Numbered from the stretch's first letter, positions 40,460-51,212 are shown. The stretch: DNA of 64,000 nucleotides from Parcubacteria group bacterium (GCA_002687175.1 NYZP01000001.1:78236-142235), one strand, 5' to 3'. Translations and numbers: made by a program. The notes: generated by a model not told the origin, from the letters alone.

Positions 40460-41036
40460 AAGATTTTTTCTTGGATTTATTATTTTTTTGTTTCTTTTTT
40501 AAATACTCATTTTTTAGAATTCCCATCCAGATCACATTATGATAATGTCCGTCTCTTAAAACTTGATCTCGAAATTCTCCTTCTTTTCTAAAGCCCACCT
40601 TTTTATAAGACTTATGCCCTCTAATATTATAAGCTAAATGTTGTAAATAAATACGATGAAGTTTTAATTTTTTGAAACCATACTCAATAACTAATTTTGC
40701 CGCTTCGGTGCCTAACCCTTGTCCCCAATATTTCTTGTCCCCAATCATGATACCAAAAGTGGCACGGTTACTATTACTTCTCAAATCTCTTAAGGCAATA
40801 GAGCCAATATGTACCCCCTCTTTAGTCTCAATGGCTAGATCTAGTGTTTCTTTATCTTTTTGATGATCCTTGATCCACTGACGTTCTTCTTTTAGAGTTG
40901 GAACCGGCTGGTCATAAATACCTAAAAATTTTGCAACCTCTTGATCTTTTAACCATTTACAAAAATTTGGAGCATCTTTCAATGACAACGGCCTTAAGAT
41001 TATATTATCTCCCTTTAATGTGATGTTACTTGCCAT
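40434..41036 (-). CDS. GNAT family N-acetyltransferase (RimJ/RimL-like)
   Basis: 200 aa GNAT fold. Its 3' end overlaps the thrS start by 26 nt. Confidence 0.7.
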   Translation of the reverse strand: MASNITLKGDNIILRPLSLKDAPNFCKWLKDQEVAKFLGIYDQPVPTLKEERQWIKDHQKDKETLDLAIETKEGVHIGSIALRDLRSNSNRATFGIMIGDKKYWGQGLGTEAAKLVIEYGFKKLKLHRIYLQHLAYNIRGHKSYKKVGFRKEGEFRDQVLRDGHYHNVIWMGILKNEYLKKKQKNNKSKKKSYGRKAKKN

Positions 41037-41074
41037 AATTTAAAACAAAAAAACCAACCAGAATATTTCTGCTT

Positions 41075-41136
41075 GGGCCCCGTCCTGAACCATGTCCTGA
41101 GCTTGTTTCAGGATCTATTCAAGATCTGGGGGGTTC
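41075..41136. repeat. REP-like element of the CCGTCCTGA family (expanded copy)
   Basis: GGGCCCCGTCCTGAAC ... TTTCAGGATC ... TGGGGGGTTCC. This equals the 22461 unit plus two insertions. Confidence 0.5.
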
Positions 41137-41614
41137 CACCCAAATTCTTGTTGCTAATTATCTAGCTAACAACAAGCACTTAATTTGATTGCTTGCCCGC
41201 CAAAGCGAAGCGTAGGCGGGACCTAGAGATTTAGTCTCTTACGTACAAGAGATCCTTTTGACCAAGGAGTACGAATGGTAGTTGTACCAATCACCTTTAG
41301 GTAAATTAATAATAAATCTTTTTATAGATGTTGTCAAGAATAAAAAAATGACGGGAAAGCTCATTATGAGAATCCCGTCCCATGGACTGCTCCAGACAGC
41401 TAAACAGAGCTCAGCCTGACTACGCCACACATTAGTGTGCGTAAATATAAATAAGTGCAAAAACTTGGTAAAAATGGTGGAGACTTTCCGAAGAAAGTCC
41501 CCACCCCAATGAGCACAAAATAATGAGCTTTGCTCTACTTAGCCTGGCGCCGGGCGACCACTCGCTACGGCAGCATGCTTGAGCATTACTCAAAATTGTG
41601 ACAAATGAACAGAA

Positions 41615-42523
41615 CTACTTGTTGACCTTTTTCCAGTCAGTGATCGCGAAGCGACCGAAATGTCCACGTTTGGCTGGCCGGAAATCGCACAAGCCGACTT
41701 TTTTGCCGGCGGTGGTTATCAGTTCCGCCACCTTGCCTTCGTCGATCTCGCCCAAATCGATAGTCATGGTGTATCTGAAGCTCCAAATATCAAACCGCGG
41801 CCGAACAATACAGACCGCAATGTTGTTTTGGGCCAAAACACCACGACGGCAGTCGGTTATCCAACCTTCACCGTCTTGGGTATTTTCCTCTTGCAGATCA
41901 GTCAACGGAAATTCCGGTTCCAGAATCTCCAAGAAACTGTAGAGAGTAGTCGTACTGGCCGTCGATATCTGCTTTTTGCCGTTCTTAACGCTTCGGCCGG
42001 CTTCTACCAGGCAAGCCAAAAAGTTAACCGAGGGCATTACTACCGGCCCCAGATCTCCTTCTTTCACGGGTACAAAGTTCTGTGCCCGGTAAACTCTGGT
42101 CCGGGCAACGTCTGATGCCGGACCATCTTTCTTGACTGGCGGATGAACGCCGGTCCGCAAACCTTCGAGTGTCGCGTCGGTCAACGGGTTCATTAACAAC
42201 GGCGACGAACCTTTGATTGTAACCTCAATGGTTTCAGTCTTGATTTGCGCCGAGGTAAAAACAAACGGCGCCTTTACCGGTTCCGTCGCGGCATCTTTGC
42301 TGTTACCGTTTCCCGCCGTTTTTTTTGCGGCTGCCTTGCTGGCGGCCGACGTTTTGGCAGCGGCTTTCTTCTTTGCCGCTCGCCTTTTTGGCGGTGCTGC
42401 AGTTCCTACTCCTCCATTACCTTCATTTTTGTCTTTTCCCGCAACCAAATCTCCTTTTTCGTTTTTGTGATCAAGTTTATTATTAAATTGATCACCCGTG
42501 TTTTGCCATGTCAAAAGGACCAT
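41615..42523 (-). CDS. hypothetical protein with a histone-H1-like K/A-rich N-terminal tail and a ~200-aa unknown C-terminal domain; high-GC island gene
   Basis: PPKRRAAKKKAAAKTSAASKAAAKKTAG. ~52% GC. No recognisable domain. Confidence 0.55.
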   Translation of the reverse strand: MVLLTWQNTGDQFNNKLDHKNEKGDLVAGKDKNEGNGGVGTAAPPKRRAAKKKAAAKTSAASKAAAKKTAGNGNSKDAATEPVKAPFVFTSAQIKTETIEVTIKGSSPLLMNPLTDATLEGLRTGVHPPVKKDGPASDVARTRVYRAQNFVPVKEGDLGPVVMPSVNFLACLVEAGRSVKNGKKQISTASTTTLYSFLEILEPEFPLTDLQEENTQDGEGWITDCRRGVLAQNNIAVCIVRPRFDIWSFRYTMTIDLGEIDEGKVAELITTAGKKVGLCDFRPAKRGHFGRFAITDWKKVNK

Positions 42524-42541
42524 CCAATTGACAATAGACCA

Positions 42542-42568
42542 AAAAACTTAACATAATGTTAAGTTTTT
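42542..42568. promoter_or_regulatory. perfect 13-1-13 AT-rich palindrome AAAAACTTAACAT-A-ATGTTAAGTTTTT; operator-like and/or weak bidirectional terminator
   Basis: Seen directly. It lies 19 nt upstream of the high-GC gene start and downstream of the 42646-43782 gene. Confidence 0.4.
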
Positions 42569-42645
42569 GTCGATACTAAAAAACTCGAGACATTACTATC
42601 TCAAGCCACAATCTAACTACCTTAAATTTTGAATTTTTTCCCTAT

Positions 42646-43782
42646 TTATTGAGCAATTTCAACCTTAATTTTACCCTGAAACTGAGGGGTCTTTTTTAGC
42701 CAAACTGGCTGAAATCTGACTTCAACCGATTTCACTTGAGGAAATTGTGAAAAATATGACTTTATTTCTTCCTCGGTTTTACCAGTCAGTAAACTTTTAT
42801 CTAAAAATCCTGAGGTATCGCTACCAATCGAGTTAGCTTCCAAATTTACTTTCACTGTAGCCTCATTACTCTCAAAACTGTAACTTTCAACCAAATAAGA
42901 AAAGCTGGTTGGGTCTAAATCAATCAACTGCTGTTCCTCTGGCATTTCTGTCTTGATTCTTTCCCTGGCTAAATTAATAAGCTTGCTCTCATCAAAAACC
43001 ACGATTGCTGCTTCTATTTTAAGAGTAGTTTTAAATTCCGCTGCTTCCTCGTTAACTTCAGTATCGTGGCCAGATTCAATAACTTTTGCTGAAACTAATT
43101 TTGGCCACAGGGTTTCATGATTTTCTAGTTGCTGATTTACCTCGGACAAAGCTTTCTGATACAACTGATCTCGTAAATCGTTTTCCGCTTTGTCTAAGTC
43201 TTCTTGAGTCACCACCGCAACCTCGATGTCTATCTTATCTAAACTGCTTTCCACTTGGGCATAAATTTTTTCTTGGAGGGGACCCCACAACCCAGGAATT
43301 ATTAAACGGGTTGGCTCAATTTTTTTAAAAGCATCGTAGTCATCGGCATAGACCTGAACTTTAATTTTTTCACCTGGGGCAACTGTAATATCTTTGTTAA
43401 GACGAACTAACACGGTATCTGGATCATCGGCTGCAGCTAATCTGGTGGTCGTAATCAATTTTTGTTCCTTACTATAATCATTAGTAATTACAACTTCACC
43501 AACAACATTGGAATCAACGGAACGCGACCCAGTGGCTTCAGTCGACAGATCACCTTCTACCACAACTAATTTTAATTTCCCCGGCACTGCCTCTCCTTCT
43601 TCTAATGAAGGAATGATAGTGGGTTCTTTGACATCAAAGACAAATTCCCGGCTAATTTTTTCGCTATCCATAGTGATAATGATGGTAACTTTAGCCCAAA
43701 TCAAGTAAAAAGCCGCACCAAATACGACAATGGATAAAATTAAAAATATTAACCCAATTTTAAGAAATGATCTTGGCAACAT
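42646..43782 (-). CDS. membrane-anchored hypothetical protein
   Basis: 378 aa with one N-terminal TM (IGLIFLILSIVVFGAAFYLIWA). Confidence 0.5.
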   Translation of the reverse strand: MLPRSFLKIGLIFLILSIVVFGAAFYLIWAKVTIIITMDSEKISREFVFDVKEPTIIPSLEEGEAVPGKLKLVVVEGDLSTEATGSRSVDSNVVGEVVITNDYSKEQKLITTTRLAAADDPDTVLVRLNKDITVAPGEKIKVQVYADDYDAFKKIEPTRLIIPGLWGPLQEKIYAQVESSLDKIDIEVAVVTQEDLDKAENDLRDQLYQKALSEVNQQLENHETLWPKLVSAKVIESGHDTEVNEEAAEFKTTLKIEAAIVVFDESKLINLARERIKTEMPEEQQLIDLDPTSFSYLVESYSFESNEATVKVNLEANSIGSDTSGFLDKSLLTGKTEEEIKSYFSQFPQVKSVEVRFQPVWLKKTPQFQGKIKVEIAQ

Positions 43783-43824
43783 ATTATCTGGCTTTATAAT
43801 ACAAAAAAAATGAAAAATTTACAA

Positions 43825-46800
43825 TCAAATAGCCTCTTCTACTTTGAAAGAATTAGCTCCTAAAATAGTTTCTATTTCTTTCTGGATTCCTTGATTATTA
43901 TCGACTAAAAAATTAGTAATGATTTTTTTAAAGCCTTGATTGTCCTTAATGACTAAGACCACTTTGTATTTTCCTGGGTTACCATTAAAAACTTCTTTCA
44001 ACTTTTCGTTCAAGTCACTGCTAGTTGTTCTTGGTAACAAAACAAATGCATTACCTTTTACTAAAATTTCTTGTTTGACTTCTTTCTTAGCAAATGATTT
44101 TTTCCAATGACCATTTCGCCCACGATCAACAAATTGATCAAGCTCACTCATGATTTCTGAAACATTATCTAGGCTAAGTTCTTTTGCTAAATTACAAATT
44201 AATTTTGTTTCACCATCTTTGTCAGACAACCGAGCATTAACCCCAATAATTTTATCCTCTTCCCAAACTTCTGGATTAGCCTTAAGGATGCTGGGAAAAA
44301 CCAAAACTTCAACTCCAGCCGTATTATCTTCTATTCTAACAAACAACATTGGTTCGCCTTTTTTAGTGATTATTTTTTTAACTTTTGTAATGACCCCGGC
44401 TACTTTTAAAACTTGCTCGCCATAATCAAAATCACCGCTTAAATCGTTAATGTTAACCACCTTGCCTTGAAGATATGGCTGAAATTCGGTCAACGGATGA
44501 GCGGAGACATAAAGACCTAAAATTTCCTTCTCCCAATTAAGTTTTTGCTTATCATCAGCTGGGTCAATATGATCTAATCTTAATTTTGGAATAGCTGTTT
44601 CTGTTGCCATCATGCCAAACAGGCTTGATTGGTTACTGTCTGCTTCAGCGTTAATGCTTTTGATAAACACCAATAGCTTGTCCATATTGTATAGCAACTT
44701 GTTGCGCTCACCTAAATTATCCATCGCTCCACATTTGATTAGCGCTTCCAGTGATTTTTTATTTAAATCCTTGGTCTTTACCCGACTTAATAAATCTTCA
44801 AGAGCTTTAAAAGGTCCATTTTCTCGTCGCTCTTTAATAATTTCCTTAATTATATTTGATCCTAAATTTTTAACAGCACTGAGCCCAAAACGAATTTTTT
44901 TACTTTCCTTATCTTTTTTAACTTCTAATGAGTCATAAACAACGGTAAAAGTTGAAAAACTCTCATTAACATCTGGTGCTAAAACTTCAATGCCCATCTG
45001 GCGACACTCTTCTACCTCAATGGCGATCCGGTCAACATTGCCATAGTCGGCAGTTAATAGTGAGGCCATAAATTCTGATGGATAACGTGCTTTGAGGTAA
45101 GCAGTTTGGTAAGCGATCATTGCATAACAAGCCGCGTGAGAACGATTAAAGCCGTAACGAGCAAAAGGTAAAACATAATCCCAAATTTGTTTAGCCACGG
45201 TTGATTCAATACCATTTGTTACCATACCAGAAATTACTTTTTCTTCTTGCTCATGAAGTAGCTTAGCAATTTTCTTACCAACTGCTTTTCGTAAAACATC
45301 GGCTTCACTATAAGAAAATCCGGCCAGCTCTCTGGCAATTTCCATTAACTGCTCTTGATACACAATAATTCCGTAAGTTTTTTCTAATATTGGTTTCATC
45401 CGCTCATCCAGGTAATACACTTTTTGTAAACCATGTTTGGATTTTATGTAGTCTGGAATAAACTCCATTGGACCTGGACGATAAAGTGAAACCATCACAA
45501 TAATATCTTCCAGTTCAGTCGGCACTAACTGTTTCAGATAACGCCTCATGCCAGAACTTTCCAATTGAAATACCCCTGTAGTCTCAACCCGTTGCAGTAA
45601 CTCAAAAGTTTTCTTATCATCAAGAGGAATTGCATCAATGTCAATATCAATACCTCTGGCTTTCTTTAAAATATCTAAAGTATTTTCAATAATCGTTAAA
45701 TTCTTAAGACCCAGCATATCAATTTTTAACAGACCTAAGTCTTCAACGGCATGCATACCATATTGAGTAACAATTTCATTTTCATGCTGAGTTGATTGCT
45801 GCATCGGAACATAATTATCCATCGGTTTGGGTGTAACTACGATGCCGCAGGCATGGGTTGAAGCATGACGAATTGAACCTTCCAGCTTTTTAGCAATTTC
45901 AATTAACCGCTTACCGTCTGGGTCAACCATAATTTCCTTAAACTCAGGAACGGTGTTAATCGCATCGTCCAAATTCATAAACATCGGAATCATCTTGGCA
46001 ACCTTATCACAATAAGTGTAAGGCAAATCCATCACCCGACCAACGTCTCTGATCGCCGCCCGAGCGGCCATAGTACCAAAAGTTATAATTTGGGCAACAT
46101 GATCCTTACCATATTTTTGGGACACATAATCAATAACCTCATCGCGACGGGTATCAGCAAAATCGGTATCAATATCAGGCATTGATATTCTCTCCGGATT
46201 CAAAAATCTCTCAAAAATTAAATCGTACTTTAACGGATCAATATTAGTGATGCTGGTTAAATAAGCCACTAAACTACCGGCGGCTGAACCTCGACCAGGA
46301 CCAACTACAATATTTTGACTCTTGGCCCAATTTATAAAATCGGCCACAATTAAAAAATATGACGCAAAACCAGTTTTGGCAATAATACCAAGTTCATACT
46401 CTAATCTTTTTTTAATTTCAGGAGTAATTTTATCACCATACCGTTGTTTTAAACCTTGCTGACACATCTCTTTTAGATAATCAATGTCTGTGGTATTTTT
46501 CGGAACTTCGAAAGTAGGTAACAAAGTCTTGCCTAATTCCAATTCAACATTACATTTCTCGGCTAATTTTAAAGTATTAGAGAGAAATTCTGGATGATCT
46601 TTCCACTCTTCTCTCACTTGATCTGGAGATTTCATTGAAAAATCTTCTCCTATATAAGACATCCGGTCAGTATCTGATAATATCTTTTTAGTTTGAATAC
46701 AAAGTAACACGTCCTGAGCATTATCATCATCAGCATTTAAATAATGAACATCATTAGTGGTAATAACGGGGATGCTTAATTTTTTACCCAGCTCAATAAT

Positions 46801-47367
46801 TTTTTGATTGGCAATACCTTGATTACCAATACTTGGATGTTCCTGAACTTCCAAATAATAGTTTCCTTCCCCAAAAATTTTTAAGTACCGCTTAGCTGTT
46901 TCCTCGGCTCCTTTATCATCATTGTTTAAAATATTTTTTGAAATCTCACCCTGCAAACAGGCTGACGAACATATCAGTCCCTCACTATACTTTTCTAGAA
47001 GTGCAAAATCTACTCTTGGTTTATAATAAAAACCATCCAGGTGAGCGATGGTTGTTAGCTTAATTAAATTTTTATAGCCTACTTCGTTTCGGGCTAATAA
47101 TATCAAATGATAAGGACTGTCATCAATTTTTGGTCTTTTGTCTTTGTGCCCGTGTCTGGCAACATAGGCTTCCACCCCGAGAATTGGCTTTATACCGGTC
47201 TTTACTGCTTGCTGATAAAATTCTATTAAACCATACATTACTCCATGATCAGTTAAGGCCACGGCTGGCATGCCAAAATCTTTAGCTTTGTTGACTAAAT
47301 GATCAATCTTAGTAAGACCATCAAGCAAAGAATAATGGGAATGGTTGTGCAAATGGACAAAAGACAT
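43825..47367 (-). CDS. dnaE: DNA polymerase III alpha subunit
   Basis: PHP domain HLHNHSHYSLLDG, a polymerase core and an OB fold. 1180 aa. Confidence 0.95.
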   Translation of the reverse strand: MSFVHLHNHSHYSLLDGLTKIDHLVNKAKDFGMPAVALTDHGVMYGLIEFYQQAVKTGIKPILGVEAYVARHGHKDKRPKIDDSPYHLILLARNEVGYKNLIKLTTIAHLDGFYYKPRVDFALLEKYSEGLICSSACLQGEISKNILNNDDKGAEETAKRYLKIFGEGNYYLEVQEHPSIGNQGIANQKIIELGKKLSIPVITTNDVHYLNADDDNAQDVLLCIQTKKILSDTDRMSYIGEDFSMKSPDQVREEWKDHPEFLSNTLKLAEKCNVELELGKTLLPTFEVPKNTTDIDYLKEMCQQGLKQRYGDKITPEIKKRLEYELGIIAKTGFASYFLIVADFINWAKSQNIVVGPGRGSAAGSLVAYLTSITNIDPLKYDLIFERFLNPERISMPDIDTDFADTRRDEVIDYVSQKYGKDHVAQIITFGTMAARAAIRDVGRVMDLPYTYCDKVAKMIPMFMNLDDAINTVPEFKEIMVDPDGKRLIEIAKKLEGSIRHASTHACGIVVTPKPMDNYVPMQQSTQHENEIVTQYGMHAVEDLGLLKIDMLGLKNLTIIENTLDILKKARGIDIDIDAIPLDDKKTFELLQRVETTGVFQLESSGMRRYLKQLVPTELEDIIVMVSLYRPGPMEFIPDYIKSKHGLQKVYYLDERMKPILEKTYGIIVYQEQLMEIARELAGFSYSEADVLRKAVGKKIAKLLHEQEEKVISGMVTNGIESTVAKQIWDYVLPFARYGFNRSHAACYAMIAYQTAYLKARYPSEFMASLLTADYGNVDRIAIEVEECRQMGIEVLAPDVNESFSTFTVVYDSLEVKKDKESKKIRFGLSAVKNLGSNIIKEIIKERRENGPFKALEDLLSRVKTKDLNKKSLEALIKCGAMDNLGERNKLLYNMDKLLVFIKSINAEADSNQSSLFGMMATETAIPKLRLDHIDPADDKQKLNWEKEILGLYVSAHPLTEFQPYLQGKVVNINDLSGDFDYGEQVLKVAGVITKVKKIITKKGEPMLFVRIEDNTAGVEVLVFPSILKANPEVWEEDKIIGVNARLSDKDGETKLICNLAKELSLDNVSEIMSELDQFVDRGRNGHWKKSFAKKEVKQEILVKGNAFVLLPRTTSSDLNEKLKEVFNGNPGKYKVVLVIKDNQGFKKIITNFLVDNNQGIQKEIETILGANSFKVEEAI

Positions 47368-47454
47368 AATTTTGTGTTTAGGAAGTCTGACGAATCAATA
47401 ACTCCCAAGGGAAGTAAACTCCCCTCCTAAATTAAAGTATAAATATTATACTAC

Positions 47455-47757
47455 TTATTTCTTCTTTTTCCTACTTTTCTTTGCCTTACTCTTTTGGTCA
47501 ACAAAAAAACCGGCTAACTTAATTGCTGAATCAGAAAGTAGGGCCATGTGATTTGAACCTTTTTCCAGTTTATCTTTAACCAGTTTCAAAATATTATCAA
47601 CCAATTCTAGCTTTTCACGAATACTGACGGTCATCTTGCTCACATTACGCAGCATCATTACCACATAAAAAATTGCCCAACAAGTAAACAAGGTAAACAA
47701 GGCAATGCTTGCAGCGATAACAACAAGTAGTAAATCTTTTGATGTTTCTAAAAGCAT
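47455..47757 (-). CDS. small membrane protein with a lysine-rich C-terminus
   Basis: 100 aa with one TM. Confidence 0.4.
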   Translation of the reverse strand: MLLETSKDLLLVVIAASIALFTLFTCWAIFYVVMMLRNVSKMTVSIREKLELVDNILKLVKDKLEKGSNHMALLSDSAIKLAGFFVDQKSKAKKSRKKKK

Positions 47758-47774
47758 ATTTTAATTAATAATTT

Positions 47775-50180
47775 CTATCTTAATTTAGCTTCGAAAGTTT
47801 TCTCTAACTTCTTAGCCACCTTCTTAACTATATCATCAACCTCTTCTGACTTCAATGTTTTATCACCACTTCGAAAAATCATTCTTAAAGCTAAACTTTT
47901 TTTACCTTTACCTAGTGACTGATCAATAAAGGTACTTAGATACTGGACATTAACTATTAATTTATCAGCTTTTACAACCAAACTACTTACTTCCTCCCAG
48001 CTCAATTTTTGATCAACCACCAAGGCAATATCCCGACTAACGCTGGGGAACTCGGGAATCGGTTCAAAAGTTTTGACCGCTGAAGCTTTTTTAATTAAGG
48101 TGTTAAAATCTATATCAATAACTGCGACATCTCTTTTAATGCCAAATTTTTCTGCAATATTGCGTTTAAAAATACCAAACTGACCCAGGTAATCTTTTCC
48201 CAGATATATATCAAAGGCCAGTTCCTTTTCCCAAAGTGGACATTTTGAATCGGTTAAATTAAACTGTCTGTTTGATAACTTTAGTTTACTAATCAACAAT
48301 TCAACAATTCCTTTAGCCGTTAAAAAAACGTTGTCACCGGAAATAGCCGCTGTTAATTTTAATAGTTCCTGGGGCAAATTATTGTCTTGACTGACATAAA
48401 CACTACTTAGCTCAAATGATTTTTGAGCTGGAAACTTTTTAATATTATCGGCAATATTTTGCAAAACTTGGGGTAGTAGAGTTGTCCTCATATATTCCAT
48501 GTCTTCATTCAAGGGATTGTAAATCTTAATTGCCTCTTTAACTGAAAATTTTACCTTTTGTAATTGCTCTTTAGAAACCATTGAATAATTATAACTTTCG
48601 GAGAATCCTAAGCTAACAAAAAAATCTTTAATTTTATCTTCCCAGTAAAAAATTTGATTTGTCTTTTCAACCGGAATAACCCCAGCTGGTAATTCCACTG
48701 GTAGATTATGGTAACCAAAAATTCTGGCAATTTCTTCGATAATATCATGTTCTAGCTTAACGTCATTAGCTCGCCAGAATGGCACTGTAATATTTAGGAT
48801 TTTGCTACCACTAACCTTAAAATCTAACGATTCGAGAATACTGATAACCTGGTCGGTAGCAATATCTACACCAAGATAATTTTTAATAACTGTTGGATCA
48901 AATTTAATAGTGGTTGGTTTATAAGTCGTTGGATAAACATCAATCAGTGGACCAGCCACTTTACCACCAGCTATTTTTTTGGTTAGTTCAACCGCTTTTA
49001 AAATTGCCGGGAATGTTGCTTCCGGATGAAGGCCTTTCTCAAACAGATTGGACGAATCAGAATGTAAATTTAAATCTCTAGCAGACTGTCGAGTCAATAC
49101 TGGATCAAAAGTTGCTGCTTCAAAGACAATGGTTTTAGTCTTGTCGGAAACCGCTGACTTTTCACCACCCATAATGCCAGCAATGGCAATCGGTATATTA
49201 CCGTCAGCAATTACTAAATGATTGTTATTTAATTTATAGACATTACCATCTAACGCTAAAACCTTCTCGCCTTGTTTAGCTTTACGAACTACTATTTTTT
49301 TATCCCTTCCTCCAGAGGCGGATCCGCCTTTGGCGGAAATTTTAGCATAGTCAAAAACGTGCATTGGTTGTCCCAGCTCTAATAAAATATAATTCGTAAT
49401 ATCCACTAAATTATTAATTGGTCTCTTGCCGGCAGAGAGTAAACGCTGTTGTAGCCACAATGGTGAAGGGCCAACTTTAACGTCTGTCATAACAATAGCA
49501 TTATAGCGAGAACAAAGTTTTTGTTCGACTACCTCTACTGATAAACCAATTTCTTTTTCAAAATCTAATTTTGGTTCAGCAATCTTATACTTTAACTTGG
49601 TGCCTAAAACCGCAGCCGCCTCCCGAGCTAGACCAACTATGGACATCGCATCAGGTCGATTGGAAGTTACTTCAATGTCCATGATATTATCATCAAGATC
49701 CAAAATATCCTCTAGGGGCTTACCAAGAGGGGTTTTGTTGGGTAATATCATGATTCCTTGATGATCATCTCCCAAGCCAAGTTCTTTTTGGGAACAAATC
49801 ATACCCTTACTTTGGACGCCTCTAATTTTGGCATTTTTTACCCTAAAAAAGGTGCCTTCTTCATCAGATTTAGGATTTTGTACCCTCGCTCCTTCAACTG
49901 CTAAAGGTACTATTTGACCCACGGCAATATTTTGGGCTCCGCAAACTACGGTTGGTTTTAATCTACCAGCTTCTAATTTAACCAGTTGTAATCTATCGGC
50001 ATCCGGGTGTGGCTTAATTTCTAAAATTTTAGCAGTGATTACTTTTTTAAATTTTGGTTTAACTTTTTCAATCTTATCAATGGTCTGACTTTTTAAAGAA
50101 AATTCCTTAACAAACTCTTTAACTGATTTGTCAGTTTTTATATACTCCTTGAGCCAATTGTAGGAAATGTTTAAATTCAT
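47775..50180 (-). CDS. pheT: phenylalanyl-tRNA synthetase beta subunit
   Basis: 801 aa. tRNA-binding N-terminus, and B3/B4 and B5 domains. Confidence 0.95.
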   Translation of the reverse strand: MNLNISYNWLKEYIKTDKSVKEFVKEFSLKSQTIDKIEKVKPKFKKVITAKILEIKPHPDADRLQLVKLEAGRLKPTVVCGAQNIAVGQIVPLAVEGARVQNPKSDEEGTFFRVKNAKIRGVQSKGMICSQKELGLGDDHQGIMILPNKTPLGKPLEDILDLDDNIMDIEVTSNRPDAMSIVGLAREAAAVLGTKLKYKIAEPKLDFEKEIGLSVEVVEQKLCSRYNAIVMTDVKVGPSPLWLQQRLLSAGKRPINNLVDITNYILLELGQPMHVFDYAKISAKGGSASGGRDKKIVVRKAKQGEKVLALDGNVYKLNNNHLVIADGNIPIAIAGIMGGEKSAVSDKTKTIVFEAATFDPVLTRQSARDLNLHSDSSNLFEKGLHPEATFPAILKAVELTKKIAGGKVAGPLIDVYPTTYKPTTIKFDPTVIKNYLGVDIATDQVISILESLDFKVSGSKILNITVPFWRANDVKLEHDIIEEIARIFGYHNLPVELPAGVIPVEKTNQIFYWEDKIKDFFVSLGFSESYNYSMVSKEQLQKVKFSVKEAIKIYNPLNEDMEYMRTTLLPQVLQNIADNIKKFPAQKSFELSSVYVSQDNNLPQELLKLTAAISGDNVFLTAKGIVELLISKLKLSNRQFNLTDSKCPLWEKELAFDIYLGKDYLGQFGIFKRNIAEKFGIKRDVAVIDIDFNTLIKKASAVKTFEPIPEFPSVSRDIALVVDQKLSWEEVSSLVVKADKLIVNVQYLSTFIDQSLGKGKKSLALRMIFRSGDKTLKSEEVDDIVKKVAKKLEKTFEAKLR

Positions 50181-51212
50181 TTAAAATTGATTTAAAAATC
50201 TTAAATCGTTTTGATAAATCATCCTGATGTCGGGAATACTTAGACCGGCCTTCATCATGTAACTGCGCTCCACTCCCCAACCAAAAGCAAAACCAGAATA
50301 TTTTTTAGGATCAATCTTTCCCGCTTTTAAAACGTTAGGGTGGATCATGCCAGAACCACCAAGCTCCAACCACCCAGATTTACAAACTTTACATCCCCGA
50401 CCTTTGCAGAGACCACAAGATACATCAACTTCAAAACTTGGTTCGGTAAACTGAAAATGAAATGGCCTGATTCTTGCTTTTCGATCTGGACCAAAAAACT
50501 GTTTTACAAAATAATCTAAAGTCCCTTTCAGGTGGGCAATAGTAATATTTTTATCGATAAATAGTCCGTCGAACTGATGAAACATCGGTACATGAGAAAC
50601 GTCAATTTGTCGACGGTAACATTTAGTAATATTAATCGCCCTAATGGGCATTTTCTTTTTTTCCATTTCTCGAACATCGCCAGAGGTTGAGTGAGGTGTT
50701 AAAATCCGTTGTCCTTTTGGTCCAATTGGTTTAGGGTCAATAAAAAAAGTTTCCCACTCATCACGAGCCGGATGTTCGGCTGGCATATTTAAAGATTCAA
50801 AAGCATACCAATCCCATTCCACTTCCGGGTGTCGCTGACGAGTAAAGCCAATCCGTTCAAAAATTTCAACAATTTCTCGAATCGCTTGAGTAACTAAATG
50901 AAGATGGCCCTGAGGAAATTCCACACCTGGCAGTGTGATGTCTAGATCAACGACTGCTTCCTTTTGTCCTCTTAGTGACTGCTTAGCTTGGTTAATTTTG
51001 TTGGCAACTTCCGATTTAAATTGATTTGCCAATTGACCAATTTCTTTGCGTTGATCTTTTGGAACTTTTTTGAGATTACGTAAAATATTGGTTAACTCAC
51101 CAGCCTTACGTCCTAAATATTTAATCTCCAGTTTATCTAACTCAAGCAAGTCGGCAATTTTCTCGACTTCTTGACTAAACTGTTCCTTTAATTGTTGGAT
51201 TTTGTCTTTCAT
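50181..51212 (-). CDS. pheS: phenylalanyl-tRNA synthetase alpha subunit
   Basis: FDGLFIDKN and GFAFGWGVERSYMM class II motifs. Confidence 0.95.
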   Translation of the reverse strand: MKDKIQQLKEQFSQEVEKIADLLELDKLEIKYLGRKAGELTNILRNLKKVPKDQRKEIGQLANQFKSEVANKINQAKQSLRGQKEAVVDLDITLPGVEFPQGHLHLVTQAIREIVEIFERIGFTRQRHPEVEWDWYAFESLNMPAEHPARDEWETFFIDPKPIGPKGQRILTPHSTSGDVREMEKKKMPIRAINITKCYRRQIDVSHVPMFHQFDGLFIDKNITIAHLKGTLDYFVKQFFGPDRKARIRPFHFQFTEPSFEVDVSCGLCKGRGCKVCKSGWLELGGSGMIHPNVLKAGKIDPKKYSGFAFGWGVERSYMMKAGLSIPDIRMIYQNDLRFLNQF

